Shown: positions 36,982 to 57,659 of the stretch, one piece after another | Position numbering within the stretch: position 1 is the stretch's first letter | Layout: every line of letters starts with the position of its first letter | Assembly: GCA_002269645.1 (NCBI GenBank) | Contig: NIVC01001097.1 | Span: 186,001-250,000 of the forward strand | Direction: 5' to 3' | Origin: Macrostomum lignano | Taxonomy: Eukaryota | DNA: 64,000 nt | Position numbers and translations under genes: made by a program | Notes under the pieces: generated by a model | Told to the model about the DNA's origin: nothing | The model's input: the letters and a program-made list of their open reading frames with translations, nothing else | Databases searched by the model: none

Positions 36982-37988
36982 GGGAGTATAACGTTTGCTT
37001 GCGGAAAGTTTGCTTGCAGAATTTTGCTAGCTGAACTTTGCTTGGCAAACTTTGCTTGCCAAATTTTGCTTGCCAAAGTTTGCTTGTAGGAAATTTGCTT
37101 ACAGGAAATCTGCTTGCCAAAGATGGCTTGCAGGAACTTTGCTTGCAGAACTTTGCTTGTGGAATTTTGATGTCTGCTTCCTAGAAATTCGCAATCACAA
37201 TTGCAAGGTTTTAATTTGCTGAATTAGAATATTTTCTTGTCTACTTGCTTGTTTTTATTGCTTGTGAAGTTGGTCTATCAATTATTACTTATTACAGATG
37301 CTTTGCAAGTGGATTTTTATTAGCATTGACATAAACTGATTTGACACTGAGCTTTCAAACTAGACTTATAGAGTTTCATTCTAAGAATTTAGGGGTTGTA
37401 CTATAAAGCTGTCGTAGTGTAAGTTTGATTGTACATTGGAACTTTTACACTATAGAGATAGGAGCTAAGAATGATCTTATCTTACCATGGCTTTATAGAA
37501 CGGGCCCTTAGTATATAGAAATGATGTACATTGATGTACAATGTACGTTCATTTGCAAAAAAATCTATTCTTTATATTTTGCTGCCTAAATCATTCAATA
37601 TGTGTATTCTTTGAAATTGTGTTCAATTTTTGTTACAAAATACATTCCCAGTAAAAGACTAAATTATTACATTTCTGCATTAGGGCTTTTCAAATCTACC
37701 ATATCTTTATACAAAATCATAACACTACGTACTATATATGCAACTTCCACAAATCTTAGAAAATAAAAATTAGAAATACAAGAGCTCAATAATCGGTTTT
37801 TTAAGGTTCCACAAGAAAACTGTGGCTGGCAAATCTTGGCAAACAAAATTTCTACAAGCAAAGTTTGGCAAGCAAAGTTTAGCAAGCAAAATTTGGCAGG
37901 CAAAGTTTGGCAAGCAGACTTTGGCAAGCAAATTTTATCCAAGCAAACTTTGGCAAACAAACTTCTGGCAAGCAAATTTCATAGACCC
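36982..37988. mobile_element. Non-autonomous Mutator/Foldback-like element
   Basis: Ends GGG...CCC; long inverted arms built of about 15-bp TTTGCTTGCC(A)AA subrepeats (36990-37160 vs 37830-37980); 9-bp flanking duplication CTTCCAATA / TTTCCAATA. Confidence 0.65.
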
Positions 37989-38881
37989 TTTCCAATATAT
38001 AGCAACTGACCCCCTTCCAATACACAGGGGCAGTTAGAAATTGAACCTCCTACATTTATCTATTACATCTTGCAAAATGAGTAGGCCTATAATCTTTGCA
38101 GAAAGATAAAAATATAGAAATTGTATTTTGAATGATGTGCTTTCTGTTTTCATAATTAAAGCAAACAACTTATATCCTCTAACTCAGCATTGCAATGCTT
38201 GATCTTTCTAGCAAGTCTCTCTTTTCAAGGTTTAAAACTCGAGGAACAGTGTGAATTAGCATTTGAAATTTCCCAATTTTAAAGCATTGAAGCATCAAGT
38301 GTACTGTATGTACTGTAGGCTCAAAAGTTTATTTATTGAATTTCATTGCATAGCTAGGGCTTATTGAAAGGTGCCAATAAAAAAGCAATTGAATCTTAAC
38401 AAAGTTGCCATTTCATTGTGCTTCCTGCCTACCACTCTACAAAATATGCATAATTAGCCAATGCACAATTGAGTGAAAATTACAAATTTAGCAATTGTCT
38501 ATATAGTCCACCAGTCAGCCAGGGTTAGAATGTATATACGCAGCCACTGAGAATGCCACCATTCCTTCAATGGAGAGACAATACACTGCTGAGATAGGAA
38601 AAAGTTGTGGCACAATCACTCAAAATTGATGCAAATTTTCAGTTTAGAGTAGAAAAAGTGGCCAAAAGTGCTTTTTGCTTTTTGTAACAAACTTAAACAT
38701 TTTACTTTTCAACATTAAAATAGCCTATTTGTTATGTATTCTACATTGGGCAATCCTACACTTCCATTCGGTAAATTATTTTAACATCTGAATTCGTACC
38801 ACCGAGTCAAATGATGTTGATTGGCAATGTGTCTATGGCCAAACGTTTGAGCAAACAGAGTTTAAGGGGGTGTCAGTTTAA

Positions 38882-39168
38882 GGGACGCGCATCATCACCG
38901 ATGGATGGTTGGCATATGCTGGTCTACCCAACCATGTCTCGGTGAACCATCGGCTGCACTTCGTAGATCCAGTGGACCCAACAGTCCACACCAACACTGT
39001 GGAGGGCACATAGGCCCATGCAAAGCGCAAGATCTGTAACATGCATGGCATGGCACGAGCAACGCTCTCTTTGAGGCACACATTGAGGAATTCCTCTGGC
39101 ATCGTCTGTATCCCCAATGTCCATTTGGGACTATCCTGTACTGGATTGGACATTACTATCCATTGTAG
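38882..39168 (+). pseudogene. Merlin / ISXO2 (IS1016-like) DDE transposase C-terminal relic
   Basis: [49 protein letters not shown], frameshift, then LFEAHIEEFLWHR; matches the ISXO2 pattern GT.I.xD.W..Y...H..VNH...FV....HTN.IE..W...K...EF.WR with conserved Trp TGG mutated to TAG. Confidence 0.85.
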
Positions 39169-39606
39169 ACACCTTAATGACCTGCAGACACACTCTAAGT
39201 GACTATGCGCTCTAACAGACTGCTACCATGTTCCACTGTTTCAGTTTTGTTTGGTTACATTGTTAGGGCCTATTTAACACGCCTGTTCAAAATTCAGTGT
39301 CAAAATAATTTAACAAACAGAAGTGTAGGATTGCCCTGCATTGATATATATTTAAGTCCCACATTTGAGTTGCTGGCCATTGAGAAGGAGATACACATTA
39401 AACCTGGCCAGTTGATTGATTGATCAATCTACTCAGCTGACAGCTTTAGATATATACAAGGCCAACTCTTCTATTGGAGAAGAAAGGGGAAGAACTCCTG
39501 TCACTGGAATTCCATTTCCTGAAATCCATCAGCATTCATTATTTTACAATTACAACCTGACATTTGACCCTGAACATGAGTATAAAAAATCACATAAAAC
39601 GGTCAC

Positions 39607-39849
39607 GGCCACTGGTCAGATCGTCATATTAAATTTCGTCATATCGGATGACGAAGTGACCAGAAGCAAAGTAGCTTGAAAAATAATAACTTGATTCACT
39701 TGAAGTTGGAACTAATATGATTGGTGGAAGACAAAAATGACTCTCTTCAGGTAGTGCATGCTAATTGAGATGACGAAGTGACCAAAGTCGAGGTGAGCAC
39801 CCCAGACACTCAGATGACGAAATGGCAGATGACGAAATGACTAGGAACC
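39607..39849. mobile_element. Short MITE-like element with repeated ATGACGAA motifs
   Basis: Imperfect TIR (15/21) GGCCACTGGTCAGATCGTCAT vs GGTTCCTAGTCATTTCGTCAT; no TSD found. Confidence 0.4.
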
Positions 39850-40599
39850 TAATGCACAACTTGGGCACTCCGGCAAAGTTTTTTTTCAAATTGGTTTGAT
39901 TTGTTCGTGCAGCTTACAGGAAATTTTTAAAAATAATTCTTTTAAATGAAATAAACCTAAGAATATCAATTTAGCTTAAATTGCTATATATTTATTATTT
40001 TTACACGTAAAATGACTGGATTTGTTGTTTTACAGTGTTAGCATATTATTATTATTTTAAAAGAGCTTTTTGTCGAGATGCCGATCGATCGAGCAAGGCT
40101 CCTCCGGCCACCGGCTTTATCCACCGATGCACGATTACTCGATTTTTTGAAAGTTAGCTTCATATCGTGAATAGATGCATTATATCTTTACAGATAATTA
40201 AATTAATAATTTCACTTCTTAATTTGCTGTTGATGTTCGCAGAGCTAATGCCTCAGACTTAGAGATTATAAATAGAATAGTAGTTTAATTCGCAAGGCTA
40301 GGGCGAATGACTTTAACTAGTCAATCGTCTGCAGCATATGATTATTGTTTTTTAAAAAAAGCTGCAATCAGAAAAATCTTTTTGTTATAGTCTCAATCAA
40401 CATCAGCTCCTGTAATTTATATACCAATAAATTTACAGTTTATCTTGTTTAGAAATGAGTGGTATTCCAATAAAAGGTAAATATAAATTGTAATATAACT
40501 TGTAACAGATATAATAGGCCTATGATTTTTCTTTTCATCTTGTCATTTTTTAATCAGCTAATTAGGTAGGCCCATAATATTTCTTAAATATTTAATATA

Positions 40600-41952
40600 C
40601 CTTTTGAACTTTGTCCAACTTGGAATATTCCAACCATTATTCTGACTTGTAATGCAGTGCAGTTAAATTACAAGTTGGAATATTCCAACTATTATTCCAA
40701 CTGATTATTAAATACAATTGCAAGAGTCTAAATATCATTCTGACTCTTAATCCAACCCATAATTTAATTTAATTCAATTTATTTTAAAAATTTAGGCAAA
40801 CAATTATTTTAAAGTTTGCTTCATTTTATGTATATTTTGTTTTAAGTCAACATCAAGTCTACAATTAGTTTATGATAAATTGCATTTTCATTTAATTGAC
40901 GGAAGTATGAAACAATCTATACAATTGTGGCCTCAGATTTTTTTACTGTGATTGGCTAATATAGCATTATAGTAAATAATGTCCTTGACTCTATATGGAA
41001 TTTTTAAAAGGCCAGAAAGATGGTCATATCAATTGATAAATTCTGATTCAATTGCCTATACCATAGTCAGGATCATGGCACGGGTATGCCAGAATATAAA
41101 GTTGGTAAAAAAAGTGCTACGCCATGTAAACTGAGATTGGAACCTAGATGGACTAGGGGGGGGGGGTAGCAGTGCACATGAAGGATTAGAAATCAAAATC
41201 AAAATTTGTTACTTTCTGAAATCAAAATCAAAATTTTCTGAAATCAAAATTTAGAAAAATAAAGTTTATTACAACAAACACTCACTTTTCTACTTTCAAT
41301 TTACTTCTCATTTTTTAAAATTGAAATTTGCTATAAAAAATCCAAATTTTGAAAAATTGAAATTTTAATTAAAATTTCAGAACATCTCTTTATAAAAGTC
41401 AAATTTAAACAAAGTTTTCATTTGTGTTGAAATTTTAATGACTTTAACAAAAAAAATTAGCACCAGAAAAAAACTTTTTTTCTTTCTTTTTCAGTATTAA
41501 AAAAAATTTTTTTAAATATATTTTATGTATCAGGATTCAGGATATTGTGGGTGGGCAGAGCCCTACGCCCATGGTGGCGTGGCATGCAATTGTGTGTTGT
41601 GGCATGCCATTGCACGCCATGGGGTACTTTCTCTAAACCGTGGTACGCCGTGTATACCAAAATTGGCCCAAAATTTCCTTGTGTATGCCAGAATTTTCCG
41701 AGTAAAATGCCATCTTCCTGACTATAGTGCCTGTATTTAATAATCAATCGGAATAAAAGTCGGAATGATAAATTAGATTTTGCAACATATTAAATTATTA
41801 GTCAAAATAAGAGTCGGAATGATATTTAGACTCTTGTAATTATATTTAATAATCAGTCAAAATAAGAGTCGGAATATTCCAACTTGTAATTTAACCACAT
41901 TATAAGTTAGAATAATGGTCTGAATATTCCAAGTTAGACAAAGTTTAAAAGG
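40600..41952. mobile_element. TA-flanked non-autonomous DNA transposon with long TIRs (Tc1/mariner-like)
   Basis: TA|CCTTTTGAACTTTGTCCAACTTGGAATATTC ... GAATATTCCAAGTTAGACAAAGTTTAAAAGG|TA; inverted similarity extends about 170 bp; other repeat fragments nested inside. Confidence 0.7.
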
Positions 41953-42046
41953 TATTTAATATAGGTTTGTAATTTGAAAAAATAATTTATTTGATAGTAT
42001 ACATATACAATAGATATAACAAAGCCATAGGCCTGCTTTTTATTTA

Positions 42047-42145
42047 TCTACTAAAGTATAAAGGTTTGTCTGTCCATATATTATATGATTGGTTTCAGAA
42101 AAAATGGCATAACTTATTTTCATGAAAATTACACTATTTGATCAG
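42047..42145 (+). mobile_element. Decayed Helitron 5'-end copy related to 29341
   Basis: TCTACTAAAGTATAAAGGTTTGTCTGT...GATTGGTTTCAGAAAAAATGGCATAACTTATTTTCATGAAA aligns with the 29341 head, with CpGs lost. Confidence 0.5.
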
Positions 42146-42177
42146 TTTTTGTTTAATATATATATTTCAATGTACTG

Positions 42178-44277
42178 GGGTCCCTGGACATTTCAGTGAC
42201 AAAACGTTTTGGTGACAGCCTTTTCAGTGACAATTTTGGACGTTTCAGTGACAATTTAAGACAATTCAGGGACAGGTTTTAAAAATATGTTTTAAACAAA
42301 AAATACTTGTTGATTTTTTTGTAAGATAATATACTTATAAACAAGAGTTAATACTCAAAACTCATCATATTTTATTGTTTTTGTATTGATTTCATCATTG
42401 ACTTTGTTATATCTCTACACTTAAATTTATTTTATGAAAGTTAAGGGCTTATGATTTAGTAGGTCTAGGGCCTAATTGATTATTGCAAAGTCAAGGAAAT
42501 TTATGTCAAAAAGCATAATATTTTTATGAGTATATTTTAACAATTATTGTTAGTTAATTATTAGCTCATATAGCTACAGTGCTGTGGCTACAGGTTGGGC
42601 TATCTGGGTCTGAGGTAGATTGACCTCTAACACTCTAGACAGGCGACACTAAGTCTGGGAAGAATGTTTTTATCTCATTCTGACCCCCTGATTTGTAACT
42701 TTTTCACTATTTTTAGTGATTTTTTGTAGTCTAGCTGTCATGTTTAGATCCAGCCTGTCTGGGTCAAGGAGATCTTTCCAGTCTCTTTACCACTTGCTCT
42801 ATTACCTTCTCCTTCGAGTTATGGGCTTTTTGCAATCACTTTTGGTGCTAGGATATCTAGACAAGTGACTTTTATTCAGTTTTTTCATGATTTATGACTG
42901 CACTTGTCAACTTCTTTGGGGTCTGGAGCCAACTTGGTGGGGTGGGTTAAGCAGCTAGAACGAGTTAAATGTTAGGCTAAGGGTCTCCAAATGTGACAAT
43001 ACAACTATATCATCACTATCTGTTGATGTGTTAAGGCTTGCCATAAATGCTTGCTAGCACAAGAACCCCCTGCAGAAGTTGTCTTTGTCCCTGCATGGCC
43101 AATGCAATCTTAGTCCTAGCAGTGTCCCTTTTATTCCGCTATGACTTCAAGATAGACAGCTAAAAGCAAGCAAGTACAGTGCCCCTCTAGATAGCAAGTG
43201 CAGTGCCCCTCTAGTCATAAGTCTGATTTTGATAGCTCCAGTTTGGTGAGCCAGTGTTTGGCTCTCGCTCTCTTCTCTCAGCTATAGGATATTGCTACTC
43301 GCCCACAATCTAGCTACCTTAAGACTGACCATCTGATAGGAATAAAAGGCCAGAGTTCTAAGAGATTCCTTTCTGAGTTCTAAGGCCCAAAGCTACAGGC
43401 TTAAAAAGGCCGAACCCATCAGTTTGTTAGCTGCAATGGTATTTTCTGACCAAAGCCACAATAGTGTCCGCAGGCAAATAAAGCAAGACTATAATTTTCC
43501 AGACAAACTTTTGTGTGCCTTTATCTTCTTGATAGGACTGTTGAAGTCCTATGTTCTGGACTTTGTGCTAAACTGCTTGAGTCCAGTGAAAATTACAGCC
43601 ACAAACACTAGCATTTGGGAAGACCCTCAAAACAAATATTATATCACCATGAGCGCAATGCTTCTCTGCTAATAATGATTTTGCTTTAGAATGGTAGCAA
43701 ATGCACAACCAAATCTTTGGTGCTTGCCATTCCAGAATTTGCATTGTTAGTAAATGCATATAGATATTGAAATCTCAGTAAGCACAATGGGTTTACTCAA
43801 CAAGCTTACTGTTGAGATTTGCAATCATCAGGAGGTAATACTATACTGATATACATGTAAAGTATAGTATGTACATATACAACCACAACTTTTGTTTGCA
43901 TCAATTGTGCATTAAAATATGCTACATGTTGCCCTGGATATAAGTATATCAATGCAGATTATGTCGCATAATGATGCAGTGTATAAAATAAGCGGCTTGC
44001 CATGTGTCACCTCGGCCAATTGACCTTTTATCTGAACAGGTGCAGGACCCAATTAAGTGTATAGATATAGCAAAGTCAGTATGTTAGTGACAAAATCAAC
44101 ATAAAACAATAAAATATGATGAGTTTTAAGTATTAACTCTTGTTCATGAGTATATTATCTTACAGACAAAATTAACTTATATTTTTAAAACGTGTCACCG
44201 AATTGTCTAAATTTGTCACCAAAACATCCTAAATTGTAACCAAAAAGGCTGTCACTGAAACATTTTATAAGGGACCC
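42178..44277. mobile_element. Non-autonomous element with about 250-bp TIRs
   Basis: GGGTCCC...CAGTGACA subrepeats (42178-42425) mirrored by TGTCAC...GGGACCC (44053-44277); the interior may hold a decayed LINE fragment; no TSD seen. Confidence 0.7.
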
Positions 44278-44713
44278 TTATAAGCATGGCAGCCATGTCT
44301 ATAAATATGGAGCTTATAGGCATAGTAGCTGTGTCTATATTATTTGAGCTTATAGGCATGGCAGCCATGTCTATAATATTTGAGCTTATAGGCATGGCTA
44401 TAATTATCAATATAAAATGTGTATTCTATAGGGCTCTCTTATAGGCAAATGGTGGCTTAAATGGATATGTCAATTGCCTTGTGATTATGTATAGCAAGGT
44501 TTCAATCCCAAGTAGTCAGAGTTTTTTAATTTGAATTTTTTAGCAAATAGAAGTTTTTGCATCTTTAATTTTTAAGTTTTTTAACAAAAATAAAAATAAA
44601 ATGAAATTAAATATAATTCTTTAATAATAAGAATAATACTATATGTAGCTACTAAAAAAATATTTTTTTTGTTATATATTGGCCATACCTTGTCATGAGT
44701 TAAACCATACATA

Positions 44714-45002
44714 CATATACAACCTCCAAAATTCAGTTGGCCATGCAACTTAGTTTTAACAAAAAATATGATGTACTTTTTGTCCAAAAATGCAAATTAC
44801 ATATAAAATAAACCCTAAAGCAAAATTAATGCAACTTTTGGTAAATAGCAGAAGTAATTATGACTATCTTATTAAGGCAAAATGCCTCGTTATCTACTTA
44901 GTACTACTTGGGTATTTATTTGGGTGGGCATTTTTGCAACTTACCTTGGTGGCCACTAAATTGATTGGCCAAATTGGCTGACTTAGCCAACTGTTGCGCA
45001 TG
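44714..45002. mobile_element. MITE copy B (28S-fragment family), CpG-decayed
   Basis: Co-linear with 4335-4627 over the full length, TA-flanked, right TIR intact. Confidence 0.85.
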
Positions 45003-45990
45003 TAAGAGTTAAACATTATATTGCCTTTTTAAAGCCAGGGGTCACTTTGATTATGTCACTTTGATCACTAAATCTCTTTATTAATACTTAAAAATTCTAA
45101 GCATTAGGAAGCAATGCAGACAAAATCTACTATATACTATAGAAAAAAGCATTTTAGGCAAAGTAAGCAAGAAAAAATTAGCCAGTAATTTGCTTGCAGG
45201 CAATTCAATCATAGGCAAAATGCACTGTTGGCAAATCTTGGCAGGCTAATCTTTTGCAAGCAAATTTCAGTGGATAATTGAGTCATTAACTATGAATAAT
45301 AGGGATATAAAACAAGTAATTAATTGTAATTATACTATTATTATGCAGCTTGCAATTTTTGTAGAATATTGATAACAATAGTTATATAATGAGAAAAGAA
45401 ATCTTTTTCTATTATGTTAAATAATTGGTCATATTATCTCTACCTAAAAAAAACTGTCTGTCTGTAGACAAATTTGATCACTATGGACTCCCAAACTTCT
45501 TAACCAAATTATATCAAGTTAGCATCCACCCTAAACTCACTATGGAAAATGTCTTAGGCTACCTTAAAATTTCCTCAACTCAAGTCTTTCTACTGCAAAA
45601 AAACTACTCAAAATGCACATTTTTCACTAAATCCTCCATAGCGCCACTCCACTTTTACCAATTGTCTTCAAATTTGACATAAACAATCTTGAACTATTTT
45701 GGCGCAATCATGTAAAATTTCAAGTCTTAAAGTTAATCTTGAATGGTGCTGTGCACTTTTAAAGTTAGACTGTTTTTGTGAGCAAGGCAGCCACCCTAAC
45801 TTCCACCTGCCTCTTTACCGATCTAGGCCCAGAGAGGGTTAATGGGTTTAAAATAGACTATATACTCTATATATACCCCACTGAAATGGAGACTGAAATG
45901 GATCAATCAATAGCTAAACAGTATTGTTTATCCTAAAATTTGGCAAAACTTTGCCAGTTCACGTCTTCAATCCTCAATCGTCCTCTGTAG

Positions 45991-46084
45991 CTCTGGTGCG
46001 GCAGAACAAGAAGCGCAGCAAGCAGAACGCTCGCCTCAAAGCGGCCGCGGCCAACAACAAGCTCGGCGGCAACACGAACAGAAG
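45991..46084 (+). CDS. SRPK: SRPK upstream coding exon (Lys/Arg-rich N-terminal segment)
   Basis: TAG acceptor, strong GTAAGG donor; (x)LVRQNKKRSKQNARLK resembles the SRPK N-terminal LALQARKKR motif; splices in frame (phase 2) to an acceptor at 46513. Its own start exon was not located. Confidence 0.65.
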
Positions 46085-46303
46085 GTAAGGCGAATTTTTA
46101 TATTTTGCCTCCCCCCATCTCTATCCCAAGCTTCTACTGTCTATGGCCGGACTTTGGCTGCCGCGGCCCAGAGCCGGCTTATAGTCAAGTCCTTAAAATG
46201 CTTCTGCATTGACAAAATCTACGAGAAACAAAGTGCTTTCGAGTCTGTCGCACGGGAGACTGCGCACTTCATCGCTTCGAAAAGAAATAAATTTTAAAAA
46301 CAA

Positions 46304-46313
46304 GCCGGAAGTG
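46304..46313 (+). promoter_or_regulatory. ETS/GABP motif (GCCGGAAGTG), candidate internal SRPK promoter
   Basis: Consensus ETS site 18 nt upstream of the in-frame ATG at 46331. Confidence 0.4.
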
Positions 46314-46330
46314 ATAATCCACTGGCTTGG

Positions 46331-54452
<8,122 letters not shown>

Positions 54453-55184
54453 GATCGCCGCTCTGCGATGAAGCAGGAGGCTGTCCGCCTCATCTCCGTG
54501 TCTTCTCTCGCCCCTTCCCTAAGCCCGAAGTCTCGACGCCTTTCATCTTAATCTCGCTTTGCTGTCTGAAATTTTACCGCTATTTGCTGACCTTAGTACT
54601 GCTATAAGTAGCACAATTTCGAATATTTCTTTCTCCTGCTACCCCGGCCCAGCAACCGGCAGTTTAGCTGGCTGGCGAGCCGCCCTCCCCGAAGTCGCAG
54701 TCGGTTTTGTTTCTAAAAAACTGCAGACGATTGCATAGAAATGACTGAATTTTTCCTCGTCCAACATCCGCTTCTGTTCGATTGTTTTCCAAGGAGGTTT
54801 CTTTCAGTTACTCGCCTCGCACTGTCACCCCTCATCGCGCACTGCCCGCCCCGCCGCCGCTCAGTCCATCTGGATGCCAGTTCTTGGCCGCATTCGAGCA
54901 TTCCCGCCCACAGCTGGGCGGCGGAACTTGGGGAGGCATTCCCTTAGCTAGTAGTGTAGGTAGGGTTTTTCGTGTTGCTTGCATTGGTTGCTACTAGCAG
55001 CAGTTCCCGCCTGGACCTTCTGAGCTCTGAGCTTTGAGCACAGAAATTGAGAACTAACCAGAATTAGAATCTCAACAGGGATCCGATAGGCAGTTCCGGA
55101 TCTGCTGGTGCCCAGGCGGGGCTGGCCAGAGCCGCTCTCTGATTTCACCGCGATCTCAGTTCGTTTTCACTTAATTTGCTGTCA

Positions 55185-55886
55185 CCCCGGCTGTTCTCAA
55201 TCCCTGCGACTCGCTCCCCCCTCTGGCTGTTCTCAATTCCTGCGACTCGCTCCCTGCCCCCCCTGGCTGTTCTCAATCCCTGCGACTCGCTCCCTGCCCC
55301 CCTGGCTGTTCTCAATCCCTGCGACTCGCTCCCTGCCCCCTGGCTGTTCTCAATCCCTGCGACTCGCTCCCTGCCCCCCTGGCTGTTCTCAATCCCTGCG
55401 ATTCGCTCCCTGCCCCCCTGGCTGTTCTCAATCCCTGCGATTCGCTCCCTGCCCCCTCTGGCTGCTCTCAATCCCTGCGATTCGCTCCCTGCCCCCCTGG
55501 CTGTTCTCAATCCCTGCGACTCGCTCCCTGCCCCCCTGGCTGTTCTCAATCCCTGCGACTCGCTCCCTGCCCCCCTGGCTGTTCTCAATCCCTGCGATTC
55601 GCTCCCTGCCCCCCTGGCTGTTCTCAATCCCTGCGACTCGCTCCCTGCCCCCTCTGGCTGCTCTCAATCCCTGCGATTCGCTCCCTGCCCCCCTGGCTGT
55701 TCTCAATCCCTGCGACTCGCTCCCTGCCCCCCTGGCTGTTCTCAATCCCTGCGACTCGCTCCCTGCCCCTCTGGCTGCTCTCAATCCCTGCGACTCGCTC
55801 CCTGCCCCTCTGGCTGTTCTCAATCCCTGCGACTCGCTCCCTGCCCCCTCTGGCTGCTCTCAATCCCTGCGACTCGCTCCCTGCCC
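55185..55886. repeat. About 39-bp minisatellite, about 18 copies (SRPK 3' region)
   Basis: Unit CTGGCTGTTCTCAATCCCTGCGACTCGCTCCCTGCCCCC. Confidence 0.95.
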
Positions 55887-57659
55887 AGTGTGTCTGACCG
55901 AAAATTTTACTTGTTATTCTTGCATTGCTTTCGTGTAGCAGCAGAGACCAGCAGCTTTGATTGTTCTGTTCGGCGCACTCCGCTGTCTCCCCCGGCGCAC
56001 CTTGACTCGAATATGGCATTTTCCGTTCTCCGAAGGCTTCAAGGCGTGGGGGAGAAGATTTTTTAATTGGCACACAGCCGGGTCTGCCCGGCCTCTCTTT
56101 TTGCTCCTGTTTTTTACTCCCTCGGATCTGAGGCGGCGCTCTGGTTAAGCAACTCAGCAAAGTGCTCTCTGTGTCAGGAGCGAGCAGTGATTTCTTAATG
56201 CATATATTATTTATTTAATCTATGCACGCATATATATTTACATATTACTGTGTTCCCGCAGTCCCTTTTAATTTTCTACCCACTTAGCTCTCTCTATCGA
56301 ACAGACAACTTTGTTAGCTAGACAAACAAGTGAGCCGCGACGATTGTGAAATTATTAATAAACTGATGAATCATCAAAACTCAAGCTTTCACCTTTGACT
56401 CTGTGCTTTGCTTTTTTTTAGTGAGCAAGTGGCAAAATGATTTTTCTGTCAGTAGTATCAGACGCGCATCAATGCAAAAAATGGGACACTGGGGAACTCA
56501 AATGTTTACAGGAAGGCTGTGGGGCGCCCTAACGCAATGACGACCCGCAACAAGCGGTAGTCAGCCATGTGCACTCGGTGCCTTCGTGGCGCTGTAAATC
56601 GTCAGACAACCTCCGGACAAATTTTTGACCTGCTTACCGAACGGCAGGCAGACCATTACATGGTACGGGCCATGTTTGTGGAGTAACCTACATATATGAT
56701 AAGTGCTACATGCTTTTCAAGAGCGCTGAATGTGCGGTGGGCAAACAACGGGTGTCCCCATTGCATGCATGTAGGCATGCACCAGTGCAAGTGTGGAATA
56801 CTGTACATTCTCCAAGTCACTTGGTGAGGCGTTGTGATTTTTAGATGACAGATGATGCAGGTTACATGGGGTCGTCATCACAACTCAGAAAGAACTTCCC
56901 ATTACATGTACAATACAAGCCTGAAATATCATAACTCCAAAAACTGGGCGTTACTTTGTGATATTTCGGGTTCATGATGCAAAGCGATTTCCGGAGTTGT
57001 GATTTTTCGGGTTTGTTGCAGCTCGCAGCCACAGCATTCATGTCAATCTACCTGCAGCACATACAGTGTGGTCCTTGAGCACATATCCATCAATCGACCT
57101 ACGCACACACATCCATCCCCTGCACACGCCCATCAATCCACTGCACAATCCGCAAATCCACTGCACACATAAGCGCAATGATTACCCTGGCATAATCCCA
57201 GTGGTGATTTGAGTGACAGCCCAATGAAAACAAAGCAAATGGCTTGATCTGTCCTTGGCTCAAACTATTTTCCCGCTCTAATTACATTTTGTTTCTCGGA
57301 AAAAAACGAAATTCTAAGGCTAAAAAAATAAAAAATGAATTTTGTTAAAAACGTATATAATTTAAAATGTCGAGTGGTTACATGCACACATGGACGTGAG
57401 CCGATGCACTAAAATTCTGCTATCAAGCAAAGTTACCAGTGGCGACAGTGTTATTGGTAAAAAATAACGCATAAGCGAAGTGGGAGCTTTCAGTTTATCA
57501 CTAAAGTACAATAAAGAAACGGATTTTCAAAGATCACACGATTCGCCATTGGCGAATTCGGACAAGAAAATTGTGGGCTCGATATTTTACTTATAGTAAA
57601 AATAGCAGAATATTACCGGTATAAAATTATTTAAAATTAACTTTTGTTAGATAACTCTG

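Noticed and set aside
42590-43400. Possible decayed LINE reverse transcriptase on the minus strand (DSDDIVVL)
   Set aside because: Too many stops and too little similarity to call without a search.
56460-56830. Tc1-like transposase remnant (GRPNAMTTRNKR...)
   Set aside because: Only vague resemblance to the Tc1 DNA-binding region; no DDE motif or TIRs.
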